Of a stretch of DNA of 64,000 bases, positions 19,977 to 28,184 are shown piece after piece. The notes below the pieces were generated by a model, which worked only from the letters and a program-made list of their open reading frames with translations, made no database searches and was not told where the DNA came from. Made by a program: the position numbers and the translations under genes. Each line of letters opens with the position of its first letter. The first letter of the stretch is position 1. Source of the stretch: Chloroflexota bacterium (GTDB lineage: Bacteria > Chloroflexota > UBA11872 > VXOZ01); the NCBI GenBank assembly GCA_964291655.2, contig OZ219802.1:448001-512000 (forward strand), given 5' to 3'.

Positions 19977-21419
19977 CTACGCGGCCTGCCGGTACCAGCA
20001 GCCGTCCCGTTGGTCGTGGAACAGCGTAAGCGGGATGCCATCCGCCCGCCGCACCCGGTAGTAGGTGCGCGTCAGCGGCGCGGCCAGCCACCAAAGATCG
20101 AAGCACCACTGGTCGTCGATGCCGGCCACCCGGTGCCAGCGGTTCTTCAGGCGTACCGCTACGGGCCGGTTATCCTCACCTGCCCGCACCTCGGCTGCCG
20201 TGGGCGTGGCGAGCGGCTTCATGCTGTCCTTCACTGCCGGATCGATAGGCACCTGCAGCGCGCGCAACTCCGGCGCGGGATGCCAGGGGGCAATATCCAC
20301 CACGCGGAACAAAGATCTCTTGCCCTGCATGCGGGCCTGGAGCTGCCTGTCCGCCTCCACCAAGCGGTCACTTTTTTCCCTGCGGACGTCGCGGAGCAAC
20401 CCCATCTGCGTGGCGGACTCACCTGTGAGGTTAGCCAGAGTGAGCGTCACTTCCTCCACGGGCGCAGGCGGATAGTCGGCCTCCAGACGGTTTCTGATGA
20501 TGCGGGCGGCCCGCTCGCAGCCCACGCCGTGCTTGAAGTTGATCACTCTCTCCCATGGCGGAGATCGGAAAAGACCGCACTGTATGGTGGCCTGTTCGGC
20601 ATAGCGTCCCCGCATCTGCGGCTGCGCGTACGCGCTTTTCAGCAGACCGTCCAGCGTCACCAGGAAGAGTTCCAGAGAGGTGGAAACAAAGGGCAGCGTG
20701 ACGTGCGCGGTGACGGACTCCTCATGTTTCAGCGGGATAAGCGGCTCGTCGTCAATGCCGTGGCAGAGTTGCCAGGCCCGGGTGCCGTCAGCGCCGAACT
20801 GGTCGCTGAGTTGGTCCACGCGCATGGCCGCCACGTCGCCCAAGGTACGCAAGCCGAAACGCTGCAGGCACTCATGTACCGCGGGTTCAAGCGGCAGCAG
20901 CGTCACGGGATGCGGCGCCAAGAACGCCGCCGCATACGCAGGCGCCCGCGTTACCTCTCCCGCCCGGCCGGTCCGGGCCGCGACGAAAGCGGTGAATTTG
21001 GCGTCCGCCACGCCCACGCGCGGCGCGAGGTATTGAGGAATGGCGTTTCGCAAAGCGTTGACGAGCCGCTCTTCACCGCCGTAGAGGGTCTCAAGCCCGT
21101 CCAGGCGCACGTACGCGACACCCAGCGCCGCCTGCTCCACCCGGTCGCTCACTGCCTGCAAGGCAGTAAGAACCTGCCGGAAGACCCGCCGGTAGACCGG
21201 TTCATTGGCCTCGATGACAACGGTGTCGGCATTGTGAGAGAGCGCTTCTTCCAGCGACATGCCCACCGCCACCCCGGTGGCAGCCGGGAAAACGTCAATG
21301 ACCGTAGGGCTACCCTCTGAGCGATCAACGATCACAGCCGGCGCTGCCACCAAGTCCGGCTGCCGCAGCAACTCGCACTTAGCACGCAGGTGGGTAATGA
21401 GCACACACGCGACCTTCAT
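19977..21419 (-). CDS. imuB: ImuB-like catalytically inactive Y-family polymerase
   Basis: Y-family layout (GVAVGMSL.EA, RVGVADAKFTA, FGLRTLGD) without the acidic catalytic residues; C-terminal W..D.WW...R.YYRV tail; directly upstream of dnaE2. Confidence 0.88.
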   Translation of the reverse strand: MKVACVLITHLRAKCELLRQPDLVAAPAVIVDRSEGSPTVIDVFPAATGVAVGMSLEEALSHNADTVVIEANEPVYRRVFRQVLTALQAVSDRVEQAALGVAYVRLDGLETLYGGEERLVNALRNAIPQYLAPRVGVADAKFTAFVAARTGRAGEVTRAPAYAAAFLAPHPVTLLPLEPAVHECLQRFGLRTLGDVAAMRVDQLSDQFGADGTRAWQLCHGIDDEPLIPLKHEESVTAHVTLPFVSTSLELFLVTLDGLLKSAYAQPQMRGRYAEQATIQCGLFRSPPWERVINFKHGVGCERAARIIRNRLEADYPPAPVEEVTLTLANLTGESATQMGLLRDVRREKSDRLVEADRQLQARMQGKRSLFRVVDIAPWHPAPELRALQVPIDPAVKDSMKPLATPTAAEVRAGEDNRPVAVRLKNRWHRVAGIDDQWCFDLWWLAAPLTRTYYRVRRADGIPLTLFHDQRDGCWYRQAA

Positions 21420-21775
21420 GATGCCGGGACCTTTGTCCGTACCTATCGTCCTGTTCTCTGCCACTTAAGAACTTCGTTTTTGTGCGGAATCCGCAATGAG
21501 GGATCAGAAGTTCACGTGCATGACGAAAGGGGGGCCAGGCTAAATGCCACATGGGAAAAACACCATCTGTACGCTAAGCTCAACGTGGCAGATGATGGAT
21601 AAAAAAACACTAGAGGACGTGCACTTCTTCACGTAAGAGAACTGTGAAACCTCTATTGGCAAGAAGTGTATCCATGAACTCCTGAGGTCAAGAGTCAGGA
21701 CGGAATAACATCTTAGGCTTAGATCAGTCGCCTATAGCGCACGGCTGTGCCTAGGCACAACCCAGCTGCTAATAC

Positions 21776-21853
21776 TGTCATTCTGAGGAGCGTAGCGACG
21801 AGGAATCTAGAGTCAAAAAGCACTCTAGATTCCTCGCTTTGCTCGGAATGACA
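21776..21853. repeat. Composite REP-like hairpin, family B
   Basis: TGTCATTCTGAGGAGCGTAGCGACGAGGAATCTAGAGT...ACTCTAGATTCCTCGCTTTGCTCGGAATGACA long imperfect inverted repeat. Confidence 0.8.
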
Positions 21854-21908
21854 TGAAACGCAAAAGCCAACGCATCAAATCGGAGTTGCCAGGCTTAAAC
21901 CATGAGAC

Positions 21909-22232
21909 CTATTTCCACTCGTCGTCCGTCGGCCAAATGTTGGTGCTTCCCGCTCCGGCGCCGGCTCCCTCGGGCCGCTCTTCCGTCCAGTCCTTGACGG
22001 TATCCCGCCACTTGATGAAGTGGGGCGTCTGCAGATGCGCTTGGAACGCGGCCTCGTCCACGTAGACCTCGTAGAGCCAGATGCGGTTTGGGTCGCCGCC
22101 GTCCTGGACCACGTCGAACCGCAGGCAGCCAGGCTCGTCATTCACCGAACCCTTCGCATCACCCAACATCGCTTCGATGAAGGCATCCCTGTAGCCTTCC
22201 TTGATCTTGATCGGCGCGACGATGATATACAT
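21909..22232 (-). CDS. Antibiotic biosynthesis monooxygenase family protein (LsrG/YgiN-like)
   Basis: EPGCLRFDV, LYEVY.DEAAFQAHLQTPHF; AAGGAG RBS. Confidence 0.92.
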   Translation of the reverse strand: MYIIVAPIKIKEGYRDAFIEAMLGDAKGSVNDEPGCLRFDVVQDGGDPNRIWLYEVYVDEAAFQAHLQTPHFIKWRDTVKDWTEERPEGAGAGAGSTNIWPTDDEWK

Positions 22233-22483
22233 GCTCTTTCTCCTTATGTAGAGTTGGGGGCTGGCATCTGTTTCCAGTGCTACGGTTATGATAGTTTGGG
22301 ACGTCCGAACCTTCAAAGTGCAGAGAAGTCGCAATCGCTCGCGGCAAAGCGTTTGCGGTTCTTGGACTGCTGCGGTTTTGTCGTTGAGGAAGTCAGTCCG
22401 TCATTCCGGCATTCGTCGGAATCCATCTTCACTGCAACCCGGTGTTCCTTCCGACCTGCACTTAATCGGTTCCATCCCTGACA

Positions 22484-22696
22484 TTACTGGTGCATGCGGT
22501 ACCCACCACCAACGTAGAGCAATTGTCCCGTCAACCAGCCTCCTTGCTCCGATACCAAGAAGATCACGGCGTTGGCGATGACTTCTGGGGAATAAAGCGG
22601 GCTACTAAGCGATTGGATTGAGACGCGATGTGCCATTGCCATGCACGGACTGTCGGCTTCGGTGGCGCGTCGCATGCGATAGGCACACTGTTCCAC
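22484..22696 (-). pseudogene. Remnant: SDR C-terminus joined to a GNAT-like N-terminus
   Basis: PEVIANAVIFLVSEQGGWLTGQLLYVGGG is an SDR tail; MRRATEAD resembles a GNAT start. Confidence 0.55.
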
Positions 22697-23047
22697 CTCA
22701 CGTTACCTCACGTTCGTGCTGTACGGTGGCCACTCCATTTTAGTAGACTGGACTTCGACTAGTAAGCCGACGTTTCGCTAGCTCCTACGCAACCTACCCA
22801 CTTTCTTTCATCTCAATGATGCTGGAGCATCGTCATTGAGCTACCCCCGCAGGCAAGGACGTGGCCTTTCGCGCCGCCCCAGTTGTGCCGTCATTGACAG
22901 CAGACGCACACCGTACTAGAGTCAGAGAAATCCTCACTTCATCGGATTTTCTTCCTACCAATTGACACCCTAGAACCGATGCGCAGAGCGCTGAAGCGCA
23001 GACACAATATCAGCCGCCAACCGCACTATAGGAGGGCATGAACGGCA

Positions 23048-24430
23048 ATGATACGGCTAACCGACGAACAGATGCGCGACTTCATCCGCAATGGGTATGT
23101 CGCGGTCAAGACCGGGCATCCCCGCGAGTTCCATCAGGACGTTTGGAACCAGACGGAGGCCCTCTTCGAGGAGGATGGCAATCCCGGCAACAACCTCATG
23201 GCCAGAGTCCCCGCCATACGCGAGATTCTTGATGATCCGGCCGTAGACGGCGCGCTGGCGGGCGTGCTCGGCAACAACTACTTCGTCCATCCCCACCGCC
23301 ACTGCCACTACCGGCCGCCGCACAGCGAGGGCCAGCAGATTCACCGCGACTCGTTTACCCGACGCCGCCACCGCACCCGTTGGCTGCTGGCGATGTACTA
23401 TCCTCAGGATACGACCGTCGAGATGGGCCCGACCGGCGTGCTGCCGGGCACCCACTATTACAACTGGCTCGTAGGCCCCATCGGCCTCAACATGCGGCTG
23501 GACACCACCGAGGGCGAGGTCCCCGTGGTGGTGGAGGCCGGTACCGTATTGATGGTCCACTACGACCTCTGGCACCGGGGCATGGGCAACTCAACCGACA
23601 AGAAGCGCTACATGATGAAGTTCATGTTCGCCCGCATCGAGGAGCCGCAGGAGCCGAGTTGGGATAACCAGGACAGCGAGTGGACCACCGATGGTGATAG
23701 CGCTTTGAACGGCGTGTGGAGTCATACGTGGCGCTGGTACACCGGCGCGGCCAACAACGGCTCCCCATCCGCCAATGGCAACGGCTCGATACCGGAGTTA
23801 ATCGCGAATATCAAGGTGGACGACGAAACCACCTGCCTGGCGTCTGCCTATGCGTTGGGCTCGATGGGTGAGGTGGCTGTGCCCGCCTTGATCGATGCGT
23901 TCCAACACGAGAATGAAGCCGTGCGCCGCAACGCCAGCTATGCCCTGAGCACCATCGGCAAGGCTGCCGTGCCCGCCCTGCTGGATGCCTGCCAAGATGA
24001 GGGCGAGGGCGCGCGTTGCATGGCGGTGGAGACCCTGGCCGACCTGGGCTATCTCGGCGATGAAGTCATGCCGGCCCTGACAGCGGCGCTCAACGACGAG
24101 TCGATCGAGGTGCGCCGTCATGCCGTGGATGCGCTCGGCATCTCTCTGCAAGACTCCGCCAACGGCGTGCCGGCCCTCATCGAGGCCCTCGGCGATGAAG
24201 ACGAGTTTATGCGTCGCGGAGCGGCCCTGGCGCTATCGCGAATTGGCGAAAAAGCGGAAGAGGCCACGCCTGCCCTCGCGCACGCCCTGAATGACGAAAA
24301 CCGCTACGTGCGCGGCAAAGCCGTCCACGCGCTGCAGCGTATCGGCACGCAGGAGGCACAGGATGCGCTGGTGCACTTCCTGCTGACCTCACAGTGGTGC
24401 TACTCCACCAATAAGGACAGCCTGTACTAG
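23048..24430 (+). CDS. Phytanoyl-CoA dioxygenase (PhyH) domain fused to HEAT/PBS-lyase repeats
   Basis: FIRNGY, HRD, GPT.VLPGTH, LWHRG; C-terminal VPALI.AL.DE...VRR.A..ALG repeats. Confidence 0.92.
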   Translation: MIRLTDEQMRDFIRNGYVAVKTGHPREFHQDVWNQTEALFEEDGNPGNNLMARVPAIREILDDPAVDGALAGVLGNNYFVHPHRHCHYRPPHSEGQQIHRDSFTRRRHRTRWLLAMYYPQDTTVEMGPTGVLPGTHYYNWLVGPIGLNMRLDTTEGEVPVVVEAGTVLMVHYDLWHRGMGNSTDKKRYMMKFMFARIEEPQEPSWDNQDSEWTTDGDSALNGVWSHTWRWYTGAANNGSPSANGNGSIPELIANIKVDDETTCLASAYALGSMGEVAVPALIDAFQHENEAVRRNASYALSTIGKAAVPALLDACQDEGEGARCMAVETLADLGYLGDEVMPALTAALNDESIEVRRHAVDALGISLQDSANGVPALIEALGDEDEFMRRGAALALSRIGEKAEEATPALAHALNDENRYVRGKAVHALQRIGTQEAQDALVHFLLTSQWCYSTNKDSLY

Positions 24431-24485
24431 TCTCTTTGACGTAGTAAGTCAGGTTGCACTGGAACAAGATGAATCCTCCGTACTA

Positions 24486-24843
24486 GCCGTAGCGCGGGGG
24501 CTTGTCCCCCGCCCTTAGGCGCCAAAGGCAAGACCCCATTCGGGCAGGTCGCTCTAGGCACTATCACACTTCGTCTTGCAAAGTGAAGGGTCGTCTTGCC
24601 GTAGCGCGGGGGCTTGTCCCCCGCTCTTGGGCGCCAAAGGCAAGACCCCATTCGGGCAGGTCGCTCTAGGCGCTATCACACTTCGTCTTGCAAAGTGAAG
24701 GGTCGTCTTGCCGTAGCGCGGGGGCTTGTCCCCCGCTCTTGGGCGCCAGAGGCAAAACCCCATTCGGGCAGGTCGCTCTAGGCACTATCACACTTCGTCT
24801 TGCAAAGTGAAGGGTCGAGACCAATGCAATCGGTCTCGACCCT
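24486..24843. repeat. Three near-identical 112-bp tandem units, each with a GTAG-type REP, ending in a hairpin
   Basis: Units start at 24486, 24598, 24710 with GCCGTAGCGCGGGGGCTTGTCCCCCGC; terminal hairpin AGGGTCGAGACC..GGTCTCGACCCT at 24811-24843; degenerate solo REP at ~3625-3649. Confidence 0.95.
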
Positions 24844-24891
24844 CTTGATTTACGGTGCCATTGATGTGCTGTCTTGTCGCACCCGGCTACC

Positions 24892-25323
24892 CTACGCGCT
24901 GCCCTCTTGCCAGAAGCGGCGCCCGATCAAGAGGCAAAGCACGAGGAAGAGCGAGTCGACAATCGGAAAGTAGATGAGGTGTGAGGTCACCGCGTCCCCG
25001 GTCTCGCTCTCAGGATTGTGGGTCCAGAGCCACCCCCAGTAGAACAACGTTGACAGGACTATCGTCCCGTAAAAGGCGATGCTGACCCGCAGATGCTCCA
25101 GCGTATCGGGGCACGCGCCATCCTGGTGCGCATGTGCGCGCCGCATCAGGAAGCCCTTGACGAGCAAGATCAGTACCGCTGCCGCCATGAAGTAGTTGAG
25201 AATCTTCCAGTGGGGGTAGTCCGGCGACCCGTCGTGGTACAACGGCGTCGCAATGAGCAGGCCCCACGCGCAGAATCCAACGACAAATAGGTACACTGCC
25301 ACAACTTTGTGCAGAATTGCCAT
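24892..25323 (-). CDS. Hypothetical four-TM membrane protein
   Basis: Four hydrophobic segments; AAGGAGG RBS. Confidence 0.75.
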   Translation of the reverse strand: MAILHKVVAVYLFVVGFCAWGLLIATPLYHDGSPDYPHWKILNYFMAAAVLILLVKGFLMRRAHAHQDGACPDTLEHLRVSIAFYGTIVLSTLFYWGWLWTHNPESETGDAVTSHLIYFPIVDSLFLVLCLLIGRRFWQEGSA

Positions 25324-25524
25324 GCCGCCAAACCTCCTTTGGTTTGATCTGTAAAGGGTGCCGCAACACTTCTAGAATTGCGCAACTGCGCTAAAGCACA
25401 CACCTAGACATGCCAATATATGACACACGTATTGCGGTGTGTCAAGTGGTATCTGGCGTCCGGCACACGCGCTGGGGAGTGCTAAAGCGCCTTCCTACCC
25501 ATAGCCGGTAAGCGCGAGTCCGGC

Positions 25525-25787
25525 CCGGTAGCGCAGGTTTGCAACCTGCGTCCCCCGCCGATAGTCTCGATTGCTGAAATACTGCCCACGCCGCCTCTCC
25601 TTCCGGTAGCGCAGGTTTGCAACCTGCGTCCCTCGCCGTCTGTTTCGATTGCTGATTTACTGCGCCCGCCGTCTCTCCTGCCGGTAGCGCAGGTTTGCAA
25701 CCTGCGTCCCCCGCCGCCTGTTTCGATTGCTGACTCACTGCGCCCGCCGCCTATTCTCCCGGGTAGCGCAGGTTTGCAACCTGCGTC
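25525..25787. repeat. Four copies of a GTAG-type REP at ~78-bp period
   Basis: GGTAGCGCAGGTTTGCAACCTGCGTC repeated four times; the intervening segments are mutually similar (TCGATTGCTGA..ACTGC..CGCCG). Confidence 0.93.
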
Positions 25788-25824
25788 TGCGCCTATTTTC
25801 CCGGCTGCCTCTCTTGCTCCGCCC

Positions 25825-26220
25825 TCATTCCGTAGCGCGTAGGCGGTCCAATTTGCCCGGCCAGGCGAGCATGCGCTCGTCGGCGGTGATGAGCGTGTGG
25901 CCCTCCAAAGCCGTGGCGACGATGAGCCGGTCGGCGGGATCTCCGTGCATGTCCGGCAGTAGGCCAGCGCGAGTTGCCACACGTCCATCCACAGGAATCT
26001 CGATCACACCCTGATCGAGCAGATCACGCCGCCAGGCAGCGAGCTCAAAACGCAGGGCAAGCTGACCCTTCTGCATGCGCATGCCGACCTCCCAGAACGA
26101 AATGGCCGAAACCGCCGCCTGCCCCTCTGCCAGCGCCCGTGCCACGGCGCGGCGGGCGTGCGGCCCCAGCCGCCGGTCGCCTTGCTCCTGCCACACCAGC
26201 ACGTGCGTATCCAAGAGCAT
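25825..26220 (-). CDS. vapC: VapC family PIN-domain toxin
   Basis: LLDTHVLVW, SAISFWE, HGDPADRLIVATA, LITAD. Confidence 0.93.
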   Translation of the reverse strand: MLLDTHVLVWQEQGDRRLGPHARRAVARALAEGQAAVSAISFWEVGMRMQKGQLALRFELAAWRRDLLDQGVIEIPVDGRVATRAGLLPDMHGDPADRLIVATALEGHTLITADERMLAWPGKLDRLRATE

Positions 26221-26501
26221 CAAAACAGGTCTTCTCCCATTTCGCCGTCATCGAACCACTCTGCCGGCATCGGTTCCACAATCTCACCGAGGATTTCGAT
26301 ATTCTCTCGATTGCGGCCGAACACAGTCTGCGGCCGCTCCCGATACGGCGCCAGCCGCGAGACCGGCCGGCCGCGCTTGGTGATGATGATCTCCTCACCA
26401 CTCGCCGCCACCTCGTCCATAAGCTGCAAGCACTTCGCCTTAAACTCCGACGCCTTCACCACCCGCACCCCACCGGTGTTAATGCTGTTGTCGTCTGCCA
26501 T
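26220..26501 (-). CDS. Phd/YefM family antitoxin
   Basis: ASEFKAKCLQLMDEV..SGEEIIITKRGRPVSRL. Confidence 0.93.
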   Translation of the reverse strand: MADDNSINTGGVRVVKASEFKAKCLQLMDEVAASGEEIIITKRGRPVSRLAPYRERPQTVFGRNRENIEILGEIVEPMPAEWFDDGEMGEDLF

Positions 26502-26534
26502 GCCCCGCCATTCTGGTCTGGAGGAATTTGGTTA

Positions 26535-26562
26535 ATTGTACCATAGTCATGACCATGGTCAT
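26535..26562 (-). promoter_or_regulatory. Extended -10 box and palindromic operator of TA module 2
   Basis: TGgTACAAT on the minus strand next to the palindrome ATGACCATGGTCAT and an imperfect second copy. Confidence 0.6.
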
Positions 26563-26581
26563 AAGCGCCGTGATTGCGTCA

Positions 26582-26621
26582 TCTTGTCCCCTCTCCCCGG
26601 GGAGAGGGTTAGGATGAGGGG
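26582..26621. repeat. REP-like palindrome, family C (intact copy of the IS1182 target)
   Basis: TCTTGTCCCCTCTCCCCGGGGAGAGGGTTAGGATGAGGGG matches the rejoined IS flanks. Confidence 0.8.
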
Positions 26622-26721
26622 AAATGAACAGGCCGGCCTACAGACTAAGTCAGTCTTGCCAATTCAAGAGGCATCGCCTAGTCTGAAACGTGGTCGAGTC
26701 AGGGCAAGAATGGAGCGGCCC

Positions 26722-26967
26722 ATGAGGAACAGATGGTCGGCACAGCAAGCGCGCTTGCGTTTCACCGAGTTCCTCCAAGCGTGTGAATCCGCTGGACCCC
26801 AAATCGTGACCCAGCACGGCGTAGAGACTGCCGTCCTCGTTCCCATCGAGCACTGGCGAAAGCTGGAGAAGTCTAACAAACCGAACCTGAAAGACTTGCT
26901 TCTCGCCGCGGAAGCCCGGACGGAAGAACTAATGCCACCTCGCGTGAAGCGTAGGAAGCCTAAATAA
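26722..26967 (+). CDS. Phd/YefM family antitoxin with no cognate PIN/RelE toxin
   Basis: WSAQQARLRFTEFL..GPQIVTQHGVETAVLVPIEHW..LKDLLL; GGAG RBS. Confidence 0.8.
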   Translation: MRNRWSAQQARLRFTEFLQACESAGPQIVTQHGVETAVLVPIEHWRKLEKSNKPNLKDLLLAAEARTEELMPPRVKRRKPK

Positions 26968-26971
26968 TGGA

Positions 26972-28063
26972 GTGGAGACTGTGATTCTCGTATTTGCAGG
27001 TGCCGGAGCTTCATATGCAGTTGATTGCAAACAGTATCCCACCACGGTTGAGTTCTTTAGGCGTCTTCCTGAAGAAATAACAAAGAAACCATGGTTTGCC
27101 GCAGCTTCTCAATTCCTGGACACTTCAGCTAATGGAGAGCCTAAGGACATTGAGAAGCTACTTGGTGTTCTGAGCGAAATGGAAGAGTTCTGTAAGAAAT
27201 CAGTTGACCCAAACACAATTTCAGGACGGATGTTGCAGCCAGGTTATGATCGCCTAAGAAAAGTAAACCCCCAAAGCCGGTCCAATTTAGAAAGTGGGCA
27301 CCATAGGATACTTGTAGACACACTAAGGGAGGATCAAGTTTCAATCGAGAGACTGCGAGATGAGATTAACGCTCAAGTCTATAGATTCTATGCGGAAGTT
27401 CCTGACCCGAAGAAACTGCACAATTGGACGAGGCTGTTAAGGTTGCTCACAGAAGCGCCTCAGGTAGTTCAGATTTTCACGACTAACTATGATCTTGTTA
27501 TTGAGAGCGCCATCAGTGAAGCTGGACTAGACAAGGAAATCGCCACTGGTAGGGATAGCGACGGGTTCAGAACTCGGCTAGACCTGGATTATTGGGATAC
27601 TCAGAATGAGCTAATAAACACGCAAGAAGAACGGGGACTCTTGACGAAACTACATGGATCAGTAGATTGGCAACGTGGCAGCAGAGGTGAAATTGTCATG
27701 GGCCCGCCACGGTTTACTGAGGTCCATCAAAACCACATAGTCCTATACCCTGGGCATAAGGGAGAACCAAGAGAAGAGCCGTTTATCGCTTTTCATAGAC
27801 ATTTAAGGTCAATAGCAGAAAGAGCGAAGGCTGCGTTTTTCATTGGCTACTCATTCGGAGACGACCACATCAACGAAATACTTTCCAATTTCATGGCTCA
27901 CGTTCCGACGTACGCTATAAACAAGAAGCGAGAGCAAGACAAGCTGGAATTCCTTTACAATGTGATGCATTTTGATGATGGATTCACAGATGAGGCCGTC
28001 AATAAATGTTTTGGGTTCCTACTTGAGCACGATCTGATCCACCAGCCGGCGGCCAACTGGTAG
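26972..28063 (+). CDS. SIR2-like domain protein (SIR2_2 type, putative NADase)
   Basis: GAGAS, FTTNYD, KLHGSVDW, IGYSFGD.HIN motifs; visibly more AT-rich than its flanks. Confidence 0.9.
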   Translation: METVILVFAGAGASYAVDCKQYPTTVEFFRRLPEEITKKPWFAAASQFLDTSANGEPKDIEKLLGVLSEMEEFCKKSVDPNTISGRMLQPGYDRLRKVNPQSRSNLESGHHRILVDTLREDQVSIERLRDEINAQVYRFYAEVPDPKKLHNWTRLLRLLTEAPQVVQIFTTNYDLVIESAISEAGLDKEIATGRDSDGFRTRLDLDYWDTQNELINTQEERGLLTKLHGSVDWQRGSRGEIVMGPPRFTEVHQNHIVLYPGHKGEPREEPFIAFHRHLRSIAERAKAAFFIGYSFGDDHINEILSNFMAHVPTYAINKKREQDKLEFLYNVMHFDDGFTDEAVNKCFGFLLEHDLIHQPAANW

Positions 28064-28184
28064 GCAGAATTCAACTGGCGAACCAAAATTCACCCTCATT
28101 TCCAATTGGCCATTGGGAGGTACGTGATGCGGGTATAGGCCGCAAGGATCATTCCCTTGCATATGATCTAGCTGACAAATGCGT

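Noticed and set aside
19881-21320. Long antisense ORFs (also 12879-14009, 30225-31226, 51708-52784)
   Set aside because: Shadow frames of well-supported GC-rich genes on the opposite strand
21420-21775. LexA box upstream of imuB
   Set aside because: GTTC and GAAC half-sites occur but not in GAAC-N4-GTTC arrangement
24486-24843. CRISPR array or short ORFs
   Set aside because: Whole 112-bp units are near-identical with no unique spacers; the ORFs are translations of the repeat
25525-25787. CRISPR array
   Set aside because: The intervening sequences are homologous to each other, the repeat is a GTAG-type REP hairpin, and there are no cas genes
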